Notes under the pieces: generated by a model
What the model was told of the DNA's origin: nothing
What the model saw: only the letters and a program-made list of their open reading frames with translations
The model's database searches: none
Shown here: positions 12,687 to 24,964 of the stretch, piece after piece
How the letters are laid out: each line of letters opens with the position of its first letter
How positions within the stretch are numbered: position 1 is the first letter of the stretch
Source of the DNA: Malacoraja senta
Lineage: Eukaryota
Reading direction: 5' to 3'
Assembly (NCBI GenBank): GCA_038087875.1
Contig: CM075977.1
Span: 17,794,001-17,858,000 of the forward strand
Length of the DNA: 64,000 bases
Made by a program: the position numbers and the translations under genes

Positions 12687-13310
12687 CTTCTCCCTAGGCA
12701 GTCCCTCAAGAATACTTACTTCCACTCTGGTTTTGTGGGTTCTAAGGTGGGTACCATAGATATGAAGCCAAGTGGTGATCAATGGGGTGAGTGGATTGGC
12801 AATCTGTGAATGAGGAATTTTGTGCTTAACAAAGGCTTCTGTGTGCACCTGATCTAAGGTCTCAAGGTTCATAACAATACAAATGTTTCTTCTCTACTTT
12901 GAGTGGTCTTGGGCTAGAATTTCCTCAGAGTCAATGAGAATGTTTCATTTCTTTCAGGAGGCCTTGAGAATATTTTTGAATCTCTTGTGTAGGAAGGAAC
13001 AGCAGATGCTGGTTTAAACTGAAGATAGACACAAAATGCTGGAGTAACTCAGTGAGACAGGCAGCATCTCTGGAGAGAAGGAATGGGTGATGTTTAAGAT
13101 CATGCCTCTTCTTCAGACTGAAAGTCACCCATTCCTTCTCTCCAGAGATGCTGCCTGACTCGCTGAGTTTTTCCAGCATTTTGTGTTTAACTTCTTGAAT
13201 CTCTTCCTCTGTCTACCCAGTAATCTCTTCCTAAAACAGTGTGGAACAAAGTACCTGTTTTAGGAGACTGTTGGATCTTAATGTGCTCAACAGGGAGAGC
13301 ATTTCGAGGT
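12687..13310 (-). mobile_element. Old RTE-type LINE 3' fragment, interrupted by a Penelope palindrome
   Basis: CTAGGCAGTCCCTC...CTTCCACTCTGG terminus resembles RTE/BovB 3' ends. The sequence resumes after the insert. Confidence 0.45.
12987..13190. mobile_element. Inverted (palindromic) Penelope pLTR pair with TSD
   Basis: ACACAAAATGCTGGAGTAACTCAG...CCCATTCCTTCTCTCCAGAGATGCTGCC arms. TTGAATCTCTT is duplicated at 12976-12986 and 13195-13205. Confidence 0.8.
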
Positions 13311-13951
13311 GTAAGTTTTCAAGCATATCAACATTGCAGCAGTGGCAGTGCCAGCTTGTTTTCAATATCAAAGGTTTTTAACAAAAATGAACCAATCCAC
13401 AATTGGTCTGCGTACCTCCGATAGAATCATTTATCAATAGCAGATGAATAGTAATGAATGCAAGCACAAAAGAACACGACTCAGTGAGCCAATCGGGATA
13501 TGATGACTGGCTGCAAATCCTGCCATTGTTCCAGGATCAGCCATTTCCCAGTATATGCACACCACTATTGCAGTTGATGACGATTGTACTGGAGATAACT
13601 TCAGTGTATCTACAGTAACAAATTATTTATAAGTTTTGGCACTGAATGATAACAAACCACACTGCTGCAGCAGCCTGAGAGATGTTAAGTATCACAACGG
13701 GCTCTGGGAGGACACCCTGCCAACTAGTGAGAGAGTTGGTGGAAACCACAAAGCAATGAAGTACAGTGAAGAAAGGTCTTGTGGCCGTCCCTTGGTCAGA
13801 ATAGTTGACCTATTTCGACACAGCCCAATCAGCTGACCCTGAGCAGATAACAATATTCTGGGAACTAAAATCCTCTGCAAGGGACAATGCGATAAATTGG
13901 CAATGAGGAGGTATGTAATGCCTGGAAGGTATGTACATAAATACATACATA

Positions 13952-14071
13952 GGTAGACACAAAATGCTGGAGTAACTCAGCGGGTCAGGCAGCATCTCTG
14001 GAGAGAAGGAATGGGTAACATTTCGGGTCGAGACCCTTCTTCGATTTACACCAGCATCTGCAGTTCTTTCC
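13952..14071 (-). mobile_element. Penelope pLTR fragment with a 14-bp TSD
   Basis: Reverse complement of GAAGAAGGGTCTCGACCCGAAATGTTA. TAAATACATACATA at 13938-13951 and 14072-14085. Confidence 0.8.
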
Positions 14072-17000
14072 TAAATACATACATAAGTACATAAGGGACA
14101 ACTGGCGTCAACTGGGCTTTATGGGACAGCTGGCAGCAGTAATACCAGAGACCAACAACTGCACAAGAAATCCCAAAATCCCTGTCTTGGAGAAGAGCTT
14201 GTTTCATCGATACCAGGCCAAGATCTTCTGGAACAGGTAATACCTAAATACAAGTAATAGATTTCAGCAATTGTGAAACTAAAGAGTTAATGAGTCTGTT
14301 TTGAAACTATGCAGCAAATTTTGAGTTGATTGAACCAATTGAAATAATTAAGGGTAGTTGTTAGGCAAAATCATTGCATCAAATTGACAATGTTGCCATC
14401 AACTCATTTAATATTTTAAAAAATTCCAAGCCTGGCTAAGGTAGAGTTAAGGTATGAGCATACATTATATGAACAAACTAATTTTAATAAACAATTAAAC
14501 TTATCTGTGGTAAATGCATACATGTTGGATGTGTGTATGTATGCAGATGCTTGATCATGTCAATGTATACCACATATGAATGGGATATACAGGGCCAACA
14601 CGCATATTGCCTTCTTGATGAAGTTATCAGTTATTGGTCTAATACACAGTGCTCTCCCCCGGTGCTGCAGCCAGGCCGCACATTGGCTGCAACACTGGGG
14701 GAGAGTGTTCAAGGATCTGTATTCAAGGAAAGGATTTGTCAATGTCTGTCCAGGATTACCAGAATGTCTTGTTGTCGATGGGCAAGTTCACGTCTAATAC
14801 TTTTGCCTCACTCATTGCACAACAAAGCTGAACATATTGCTTGAAAAGATGCAGAAATGCTAGCCTCCAATGGTGGGACAGCAGTGTCACACTGCACATC
14901 ATGGAAAACCTCTTATGGGACCAGGTAGTCAAAGATTTCTCTGTGTGACCCAGACCATATTTCTATTGTTTCAACCAATCCAGGCACCCAGCATAATTCA
15001 GGCTACTATCTGGAGTCAGCACTCTGTTCTATTCAAAGAGCAATCTGTTCTCAATGGACAAGCACCTGACCCAGAGGGCATCTCCTGTTCTTCACTTTGC
15101 TCCTGCAGAACAGCAATCTGTTCATGGGTGCCACCAATGAGATTGCCAAGACAAGTGATGAGAATCTGCTTATTGGTGGCCTTTCTCTGTGTTTCTCTGT
15201 GAGAATATGTTCAAGAAATGTTTTTTCTTCCAGGGCAATAATCTGGCAACAGTATTTTTTTTCTTCCAGGGCAACAATCTGGTTGCATTGTGTTTGCTCT
15301 GCTCTTGGGGAAGAGAACTCTTATGTGACATCTTTTTCTGCAGAATAACAATCTCCTCACAGGTGGCACATTTGTGCTCTTGATGAAGAGAAATCAATGT
15401 ATGTGTGCTGTGCTCTGTTCTTGGAGAACAATCAGACATAGCATATCTGTTTTTAGAGAACAGCTACCGGCCTACTGGTGTCAACCTCAGTAATGATGGA
15501 AACAGCAACGTGATTCCTGGTGATAGAGAGTAGAATTGTAACTGGGTGAAACTGGGCCTGCACAGAGGCACTAAAACAACTGATCAATACCTTCCTGATA
15601 GCATCTGCTCAACACAATAGGTACAGTTGAATGAGATTGTTGCCCCAGCTTTGTAATGAAGTGAGCAGAGTAGCTGGCATGCTGTCCAGGCTCGGTATAA
15701 CTTCCTAAAAGAGGTGCTCTTTGGACTCCTCAATAACACTTGCCATCCCATGTCCTTGGTTGGGCAGGCCTGACTACGTACCAGCTTCTCAGTGTTGCAT
15801 TCATACCAGTCTTCCCATCTGAGTCCTCTTGAACAGTTCTGACATTTGGACTCCCATCTCCAACAAATTTGCCACATCAGGCCACCCCCCCTTTAAACAT
15901 ACTTAAAAAAAAAAAATTTAATGCCAGTATCTGAAATGCTGCCTGGCAGTGCTGGGGGAAATAACATGATGCGCTTTGCATTTTCAATATCATCCCCCTC
16001 CTCCTATTTCTTCTGTTGACCAAGCAGAAATAATGAAACTGGTGGTGTCCTAGTATGCCCGATATCACAAAAAAGATGAGCAGTGATTTGTGCGTATGTT
16101 GTTTCTTGGGAGATGGATCCGTGTACACACAGTTTAATAAGTGTTGATCCGAGCCTTCAAAATTAGATGGCAGAATGAAGACGAAACATGAGATATATAC
16201 TCAGCATGGAGGCTCTGAGGCTGTGGCCTCAGTTGGACTCCTGTGTTCCTGAGGTGAGAGCTTCTTCTCCAGCCTTGTGAGGTGGTGACTTCCAGGGGTA
16301 CTCATTCCATCCTGGTGGCATCCTTCCTATGATGAGACATGTTGACTGAAATCCAGAGAGAATTTTTTTTTAAACTGCCAGTGATATCTGAATTACTAGC
16401 TGTGAGTAAATGAGTAAATGTGGATGGAAGGAGTGGGATGTGCAGTCTGTGTGATTACGAAAGACATTATCAAGTAGTTGTTCCAGCTCCAATCTTGATA
16501 TTTCTAATAATGCCATGGCATATTTTCCTGCGGTGATCTGTGCAGTATAGTGTATGCACAAGGGGATAAGAATATTTGTAACTCTGATTGTTCGTGGCAA
16601 ATGGCAATCCTTGAGGGCACCGTAGTACAAAATGTTCCACTCCTGGCATAACTATCCGCTAAAGAACCTCAATCCTGATGCAGGGTTTTGACCCAAAACA
16701 TTGGCCATTCCTTCCCATCAACAGATGCTGCTCACCCCCCTGAGTTCCCCCAGCTACTCCAGATTTCAGCATCTGCAGTTTCCTGAGCATCCACTTCACT
16801 CCTGGCATAGGTTTCATTCAGAAGTATTTCTCAGTCAGGAAACCACGATGTGTTCTTCCTGCCCTCTGCTGCCTTTTCCTTCCACAGCACCCATGGTATA
16901 CAGTATGTTACTGCTGTTGGCTTGCCCTGGAGAGTTACCCCACAGGCTCAGAAGCCCTGCCACCACTGCTGTTGCATGGCTCACAGTGCAGGCAGGTGAA

Positions 17001-20000
17001 ATTCAAACAGAAACTATCGAGATTCCTGCAGCTTTCCACGATGAAAGTAATCCTAACTATTATCAATGACTACCATATACAGTAGCCCACATGGAATTTT
17101 ATAATGATCCAAAAGGAGGTTTTGGTCTTTTGAGAAGAATTGTGCTATCACTAAACTTTTGTCTATCAAATAGGCTACCCTCTTTTTAAGCATTTGATGC
17201 CAATTGCTAAAATTGATAAGGATTTTAAATTGGGTGTAATTTCAGGTAGTTGATTAATATCAGAGATAAACAATACCAAATAATTGGATCATTCTTTTAA
17301 AAGCTATGTTGTAATTTTATAAAAGGCTGAGAAAGGTAATCTAGGCAGAAAACATGCAGGTGAGTTGTTAGATATTCACCTGCCAACTGCAGGCTTAGAT
17401 CACGAGTGGGATATTAACCTGCAAGATTTTTAAGTGGATGAACCACTTAAATGTAAATCATGCTTCAATTCACCAATATTTAAACCAATGTAATTTTAAC
17501 TGGAGTCTGAGAATTTAAATGATATTTCAGTTAGCCTAAAACTTCACTGTGTGACACGACGATCAGTGTTACTTAGTGCCCTCCCAAACAAAGTTGCCAT
17601 TTCTCTTGCCCCTGATATATCCATCCATTGATTCCAATCTGAATACCCCCCTGTATTCCTCACTCACCATTTTCTGAAACTAAATGAGTGGTTCTAGGCT
17701 GCACAGTCTTTCAATGCTGATATCTGTTCAGTGCCTTACACACTTTCGTTCTTAAGAATGACTATCTTTGAAATCACCTTGGCCTCCTCCTGTATCAACT
17801 TGGGTAAGAAACCCACTTGCTAGAGCAGTTTCCAATATTCTTAGAACACAGTTCTGTCCCTACAACAAGCAGAAAGGAAACTCTGTGGTAGTTATTTTGT
17901 TTCCTGTTCCTTAGTTGACCTGTGGCCACATGGGTTTTTTTCCGGCTGCTCCAGGGTTGGTAAATTAAGATGTTAAAGAAGACCAAAGCAGCTGGGAAAC
18001 CGACCTGACCACAGGAAAACATGCATACTATTTTACTGTCCAGCTAGACAGTACTGGAGCCCAGGATTTAACTGGAGCCACAAGGCAGCAAATATACTAT
18101 CTGCCTCACTGTGATGCTAATAATGAACGAGATCTATTGATTAACTGAGAATGATATGCATGTATTATGACAGTACAGCCAACATCCACATCTTGTGGCA
18201 CCTCAATCCTGCAAGTCTGCAAAGACTAGGCAGGAAGACAGGGGTAATACCCGATCTATCCTGATCATAGGCTTCTTTAAGGTCAAGCGGTTGTTAGAGC
18301 CCACGGTCTCTATTGCATCATTTGAGAATCTAACAAAATTAGTAAAGGCTTAAATATCAAAAGAAATGATATATTGCAGCACTGAAAACATATGCAGAAA
18401 ATACCCACAGATAGTGAAGATGAATTTCTTCATCCTTCCTGCCATAGATAAAAACTAGACTGCCAGCATATCACATATTTGTTCTTGTGCTTTAAGTATT
18501 GTTCTCTTCCTGGCCGATTCCATTGCTCCACATCTCCATTCTCATGAAAAGAGATTGAAGAGAATGGTGCCTTCTGACATGTATTCTACCCAGCGGACCA
18601 CACACACTGCTATCTTGTCCTGCTCAAGTATTTTGAAAGTCACCAGTTGCTGGCTCATCTACCTCACTAGCACTTAACAGCATGTAATGGAAAAAGGTCA
18701 GACTTGTGGGACAAACAAGATCGATTTTCAAAGTGCCGGTAGAGGCAGAATAGATCCTCTGAGCTATAAGATTCCATGTTTCTGATTCTACTGGAATCTG
18801 CCAATTGCTTACCAGACAGTACAACCCGACAGCTTCAAACTGGAGCCTCAAGCAGTTTGAGAGCAAGTGAATATGAAATGGTGGCTTACAAGAATGGAAA
18901 GATTTCAGGTAGGTAAATGAATCCAATCTAATCTCAACACTTTCACACACCATTCCAATTTGGGATGAAAAATTGAAACTGAAATTGTTTTTGTATTTAT
19001 GCTGAAACCTGTCTATATATGCAGAGCAAGGTTTCTACATACTATAAATTAAGGACCAGCTAATTTTTAAATCAATGGGATGGACTTTAATAAAAGCCCA
19101 CCCAAAATGAAAGAATCCAAAGAATTTCTCATCACGAGAATGGAGTTCTCATAGAAATAGACAGCGTAGAAACAGGTCTTTCAGCTCTCCAAGTACATGT
19201 CAAATATTTACAGAAATGATAACATTAATCATGAAATGGACACAATGTGAACTCGATTCTCTCGTACTGTGAGGCAATGGCTCCACTAGCTACACCACTG
19301 CACACACACAAAAACAGTTCAATAGCAGTTTCTCAGCTGCCTCCCTTTCAGAATCTTGTAAATTATTTCTATGAAATACTCTTTGAAAAGTAGACCATGC
19401 AACATGTACAAAATACCAATTTTAAAGTTACATTGTGATAATGATTAGGTGACCAGGTTTTGTTCAAAATGTTGATTGGGAGATTTTATCTGGGACAATG
19501 GGCTAATTCCCCCTCAAAACAATGCTTTTAGATCCATCAAAGAGAGCAAAGGGGCTATTGATTTAATGCCTCATCCTAAAATTGAGACCTAAATATTAAA
19601 CATAAATAATAAATGCAGAACACAGATCGCTGATCTGCCCTGGAGCCACTGTTGGAATGATGCAGCCCTTGTCGATAACCATGGTCTGGTAAGGAGGAAG
19701 CAAGCAGATTTTGCAATTCTGTTGGAAAGTGTATGCTTTTGGACATGGTGGTCTACAAATAGATATGCTACACTAACAATGAACTAAGAATCATTTTGAT
19801 TTCAAAATTTCAGCTGAATAAAAATTGCAAAAACAAATGGAGGATCAGCGGGAGTATTTCAACGTGGTGTCTGTCTTGCAGGGATAGGGGAAGGAGAATT
19901 TTTGAGGGAGGGGTAGTTGAGTTGGTGGCAGGACAGAATTACAGTTAACTGGTGGTCAAATGGACCGCAAAGATTGAGACAAAAAATTGGTGGAGATTGG

Positions 20001-21036
20001 TGTCCCAATCTAACACTGCAGTAATAAAACATGATTGTGCAATTTAAGTTACATTATTTCCTAACATATATGAACTGTAATACTAATGAATAATTACCAT
20101 TCCTGGATCAATTTAGTTTAATTTGCACCACATTGGTCAAAAGGAGCGTTACGTGGAGAATGGCATTATCCTCAATGCGACTGCAGTGAAAGTTGTGCCA
20201 TGTGTTAAGGTGGCTCATGCTGAGAAGTGAGCCCAAGATGGTCATCAGAGCCACTCACACTGGGAAAATCTATTTTAAACTGGAAAATGCTGAAATAAAC
20301 AGCATTACGCAACTGAATTTCTGGAACCAGAGGGAACATGTTGCATAAGAATCTGTGCAGGCAAGTTTATGTGCTTTTGGGTTGAGTACATTAATCTTCA
20401 GTGCAGAAGGTAAACAGATTATCTGAATGCTGCCTGGCTGTACTCTCAGTGACGCACATCCAACAGTGATATATCAGCACTGATTGCTAACCTATTTCAA
20501 CCACTTAAAAACCTTTCCTGCGAGCAGTAGAAGAGAAAAACATGACATCCATAGATAAGGATAATAAAAAGTGTACACAGCCATCCATCATAATTCCAGG
20601 TACTCTGATAATTGAACATACTGTGTCAATTAGTATTACAGTTCATCTACCTTAGTAAAGTAAATTGAACAATGTATCTTAAAGCAAAGTATATGCAATC
20701 ATCATGATCATGTTCTTGTATAAAAGGGACATTATTTTGCAAATTCAGCAATTAAAATGATTAAATTGCACAGCTGCATGGAACAAAAACACTTTAAAGA
20801 TCTAATGTTTTCCTCCTCACTCGGACAGAGTGCTGACACCAACTGAATTAATTCTAACATTGTTCAAACATAATTTGGACTGAGGGTTTCAATTTGAAAA
20901 TTACTTTTTTTTTTAAAGGAAGAAGCCCAAAACAGTTTTTTTTACAAAACGTGTCGGAACACAAAATGCACAATAATACAAAAATGTCATGTTAATGATG
21001 TGCTTCATAGACAATTTAGGTTTAATATTATCATGT

Positions 21037-21120
21037 TAGAAACATAGAAACATAGAAAATAGGTGCAGGAGTAGGCCATTCGGCCCTTCGAGCCTGCACC
21101 GCCATTCAATATGATCATGT
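21037..21120 (-). mobile_element. CR1 3' tip (about 80 bp)
   Basis: Reverse complement of the 3' end seen at 3030-3105, with a (TTTCTATG)n tail. Confidence 0.85.
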
Positions 21121-22243
21121 AACACAGCTTTGCATGTTAGCAGAGGTACAATGAAAAGCTTTGTTTTGCATACTATCCAATCAGATCAGATAATACTATA
21201 CCTCAATACAATGATTTTATAACAATTTGCAATGCTTCTCCACAGAAAGTATTGACTTAAAATGTTGATATTGCATCTATAAAGAAAACTTGTTTTAATC
21301 TGTTCATATTTCATTTACTGGTGAATGTGGTCATGTTTTTCATCTAGTTAACTGATCGTAAGATCTTATTTTCTGGAAATGTCAGCACATTTAATATGAA
21401 CACAAAGTTGAAAATAAAATGCTGCTTTATTATGCAAAATGTGAAATTAGAAAATTAATTTCACATTTGACAATCAGTGGATAGTTGTACACGCAGTGGT
21501 GGAGAGAGGAATTGTTATTATTCTTTAGTTAATAATATACCTGTGAATAAAGACGGGGAAAAATGATGATGGTCATCAAAGTATTTGGCGAATAAAAAAA
21601 TGTTTTGAAAATATTCTTAGCACATAACAAGATTCAGAACAGAATAAGACTCTGATAGCGACAATGCTGAAAATGCACAACAAAACTGCTCTAACCCAAA
21701 AGAAGACAGAAAGGTCAGATTTTCACAAGGGCCTTTTTTCTACAACAGATGAATGAATATTACAGAGGACAGCATTCTTTATCTATATATTTCATTAAAA
21801 AACACTATTTTTTCCCTATCAGATGCAGACATACGGTAGGGATGTCTACTTATATTTCACTATTAGCTTTCTATATTTTGACATACTACTGAAGTGCAGG
21901 CCCTCTATGGAAGACAAACAGCTTTGGTAAAGTTGTTCTTTACCAAAGCAAGTCAGTAATTCAACCAATGGCAATAGTACGCAGAGAACCTTACCTCAAA
22001 AATCTCACATTCAGGATATATAGTGGGATAAGTGGATGTAGATCATGTAATTTAAACATTATTAACCAAATGTATTTAAAGTAAGGCTTGAACAATTTGG
22101 AAGCAGCATTTTACAATTTTAATATGTGTAATCTGCCATTTCTACCATTGAAATGATCTCCCATTAAAATGATAACTTTAGGTTCCCATGTAGAAATATG
22201 CGTGGAAATTCATCCCTGATCAAAAATATTAATTGTGGTATAT

Positions 22244-22477
22244 TGTGGCGGGGACTAGAAGGAGTCCAGCCAAAAAGTAATCGGACACGAGATGCGTGCA
22301 CTAGACTTGTTTATTCTCTCCAATACAGCTCCCTACTCCTCCAAGGTAACGGGAATTGCCCGGCCTTAAATACCCACTCAGGTACCGACCCAGTGACTAG
22401 TGCTTCCCACACCAAGATGCCTCCCTCCAGAGCCAATGGTTCGTTGTGCCCTTGGGTTGCCATCAGGTGCCGCCACA
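22244..22477 (-). repeat. 3' LTR of the Gypsy element
   Basis: Direct repeat of 24475-24702, adjacent to the PPT. Confidence 0.9.
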
Positions 22478-24474
22478 TGACCCCACCCCCAGAACCAGAG
22501 GCAACGAAGCGGACGGGATGCCGAACAAGGCAGCCCGAACTTGTAGATACAATCCCACACCCCGGGGGCTTGCTCGGTTCGGAAGAATCTCCGGGAGCTA
22601 GGGACGGCGGACGCCTGTGACGGGGCGGCTGAGCCACATGGACTGGCTCACTCAGGTCCAAGTGGGCCGGTTTCAAACGAGCCACAGACACAGTTTCACG
22701 CTGGCCTCCCATGTCCAAATCAAATGTAGTAGGCCCGTGCCGCAGCACGCGAAAGGGATCTTCATACGGGTGCTGCAAGGGTGACCTGTGGGAGTCACAG
22801 TTCAGACGTGAACTGGGTACCCCGGTCGGACGTGATGTGAAGTGGAACCCCAAAGCGGGCAATCCAAGTTGCCATGAGTGCACGAGCGCACGACTGAGTT
22901 GAAGTGTCCGTGAGCGGGAAGGCCTCCGGCCACCGCCTAAAATGGTCAACCACTGTAAGCAGGTGTGAAACACCCTGGGATGGAGGCAGTGGCCCCACGA
23001 TGTCCACGTGAACGTGATCGAACCGCTGGCGTGGCATTGCGGAGTCTTGAACTGGTGCCCGGACGTGTCGATGCATCTTTGATGTTTGGCACGGGATGCA
23101 CGCCCGGGCCCAGCGAGCGACCAGCTTACGAATTCCGTGCCACATAAACCTTGTGGCCACCATAGCGACCGTGGCCCGGTTGGATGGGTGGGCCAGCCCA
23201 TGGATCATCACAAAGACGCGACGGCGCCAGGCCGCCAGAACGATAGGCCTCGGCTGACCCGTGGATACGTCACAGAGGATGGAACCCGAGGGACCGAACG
23301 GCACGTCCTCAAGCACCAAGCCAGAGATCGCGGTGCGGTATGCCGGCATCTCATTATCCGCCAGCTGGGCCACCGCCAAAGCGGAGTAATCTATTCCCGA
23401 GGCCGCGTTAAGCATGGCTGCAATTGCCGGACGGGACAAAGTATCCGCCACGAGGTTGCATTTCCCGGCGATGTGTCGGACGTCCGTTGTATACTCCGAA
23501 ATGGCCGCCAGCTGGCGCTGCTGACGGGCGGATCAAGGATCCGAAACCTTTGCAAAGCAAACGTGAGGGGCTTGTGGTCGTGAAGGAACGGCCCTCGAGG
23601 AAGTACCGGAAGTGCCGCACTGCGATGTGTAAGGCGAGCAACTCCCGGTCGAAAGCGCTGTAGTGCTGGAGCAGCACTCAGGTGACAGCTAAAGAAGGCG
23701 AGAGGCCGCCAATGGCCGTTAACCGACTGTTCCAAAACGACGCCAACCGCAGAGTCCGAGGCATCCATGGTAAGGGCTGTGGGGGCGTCAGCCGACTGAT
23801 GCACGAGCATAGTCGCCCGAGCCAAGGCCTCCTTCGCCCCTTCAAACGCCGCCGTGGTGACAGCGTTCCACTGTCCAGTGGTTCCAGGTATTCCAGTGCG
23901 CCACCTGCTGCTGGTCGGAAAGCCACTGCTCATCAGCACGGGCCGATAGCCGGATCGGATCCTCGAAGCTCTCCCCCGAGAGCTGCTGGCGGATGTCTCG
24001 TGGCAACTGCTGCAGGTAGGTAAATTCAAAGAGCGGGCAGGGCTGGTGGTCGATCCTGAGAGTGAGCATCTCGCTCATGAGGGACGTGGGCATCTGGTCC
24101 CCGAGCCCGCCCATGTTAAGGACCCGACAGGCGCGCTGCATACGGCTCAGCCAGTAGATCCGGAGCAGCAGCTCTTAGAGGCCTGCAGACTTACCCGCCG
24201 CTGGCAGGTTATCGAGGTAAGGAATGACCCGACCGGCCGTCTGCTGGTGAAGGGCGCTTACCACATAGTGGTAACGAGTCTCGTCAGCCGTGACGTCGTG
24301 GATGAAGAACTGGGACTCGGCCTGTCGAAACCAAACCCCCGGCAGCGAGGTCCAGAATGTAGGCAGCTTCAGGGAGACCGCGTGGTGTTCGGCCTCGTAG
24401 GCGGCAGCGGCAGAATGCATTTTTTTTTCAAATTTCCCTTCCAGGATTACACTCCTGGGCGTCGGGGTCACCAG

Positions 24475-24702
24475 TGTGGCGGGGACTCGAAGGAGTCCAG
24501 CCGAAAACTAGTCGGACACTAGACATGTTTATCCTCTCCAAGGATAAATACAGCTCCCTACTGCTTCAAGGTCACGGGCGTTGCCTGGCCTTAAATACCA
24601 ACTCAGGTACCGACCTCGTGACTAGCGCCTCCCACACCAAGACGCCGCCCTCCAGAGCCGATGGTTCATTGTGCCCTTGGGTTGCCACCAGGTTCCGCCA
24701 CA
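24475..24702 (-). repeat. 5' LTR of the Gypsy element
   Basis: Adjacent to the tRNA-Trp PBS. Confidence 0.9.
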
Positions 24703-24964
24703 ATATTAATATGTCAGCATGCTATGCATAGCATTGAAATTGATTTAATTTCCTAAGCAGAGGACAATGCATATACATAGACATATTGTGTCTTCCCTAA
24801 GAATCAGTATGAACAAGGCAATAATGTTCCTGTGTGGAAATATTTGAAGGAGAAAAAGATGTTACTGTACATCAAAAATTCAACGGTGCTTACATATGAC
24901 ATATGTGGCATAGGATTTTATTTTTTGTGGATCCAAAATCATTTCCTCCTCCAAAGCCAATCTA

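Larger units (their letters stand above)
22244..24702 (-). mobile_element. Ty3/Gypsy LTR retrotransposon, internally deleted (gag, RNase H and integrase remnants; protease and RT missing)
   Basis: TG..CA LTRs at 22244-22477 and 24475-24702. ATAT TSD. PBS TGGTGACCCCGACG (tRNA-Trp) at 24460-24473. PPT at 22481-22490. Motifs: gag SLKLPTFW, RNase H DASDSAVG and YSAFDRELLA, integrase HHCC and VHVDIVGPLP..SDRGTQF. Confidence 0.95.

Noticed and set aside
15830-16130. Possible Myb/SANT second ORF of the Harbinger fossil
   Set aside because: Similarity too loose to support.
20492-20545. Strong acceptor with TGC
   Set aside because: Leads to a stop (RKVFKWLK*) with no in-frame donor.
21921-21949. 12-bp perfect hairpin GCTTTGGTAAAG/CTTTACCAAAGC
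   Set aside because: Too short and isolated to assign a function.
22198-24731. Multiple plus-strand ORFs over the Gypsy element
   Set aside because: Antisense shadows of GC-rich gag/pol and LTR sequence.
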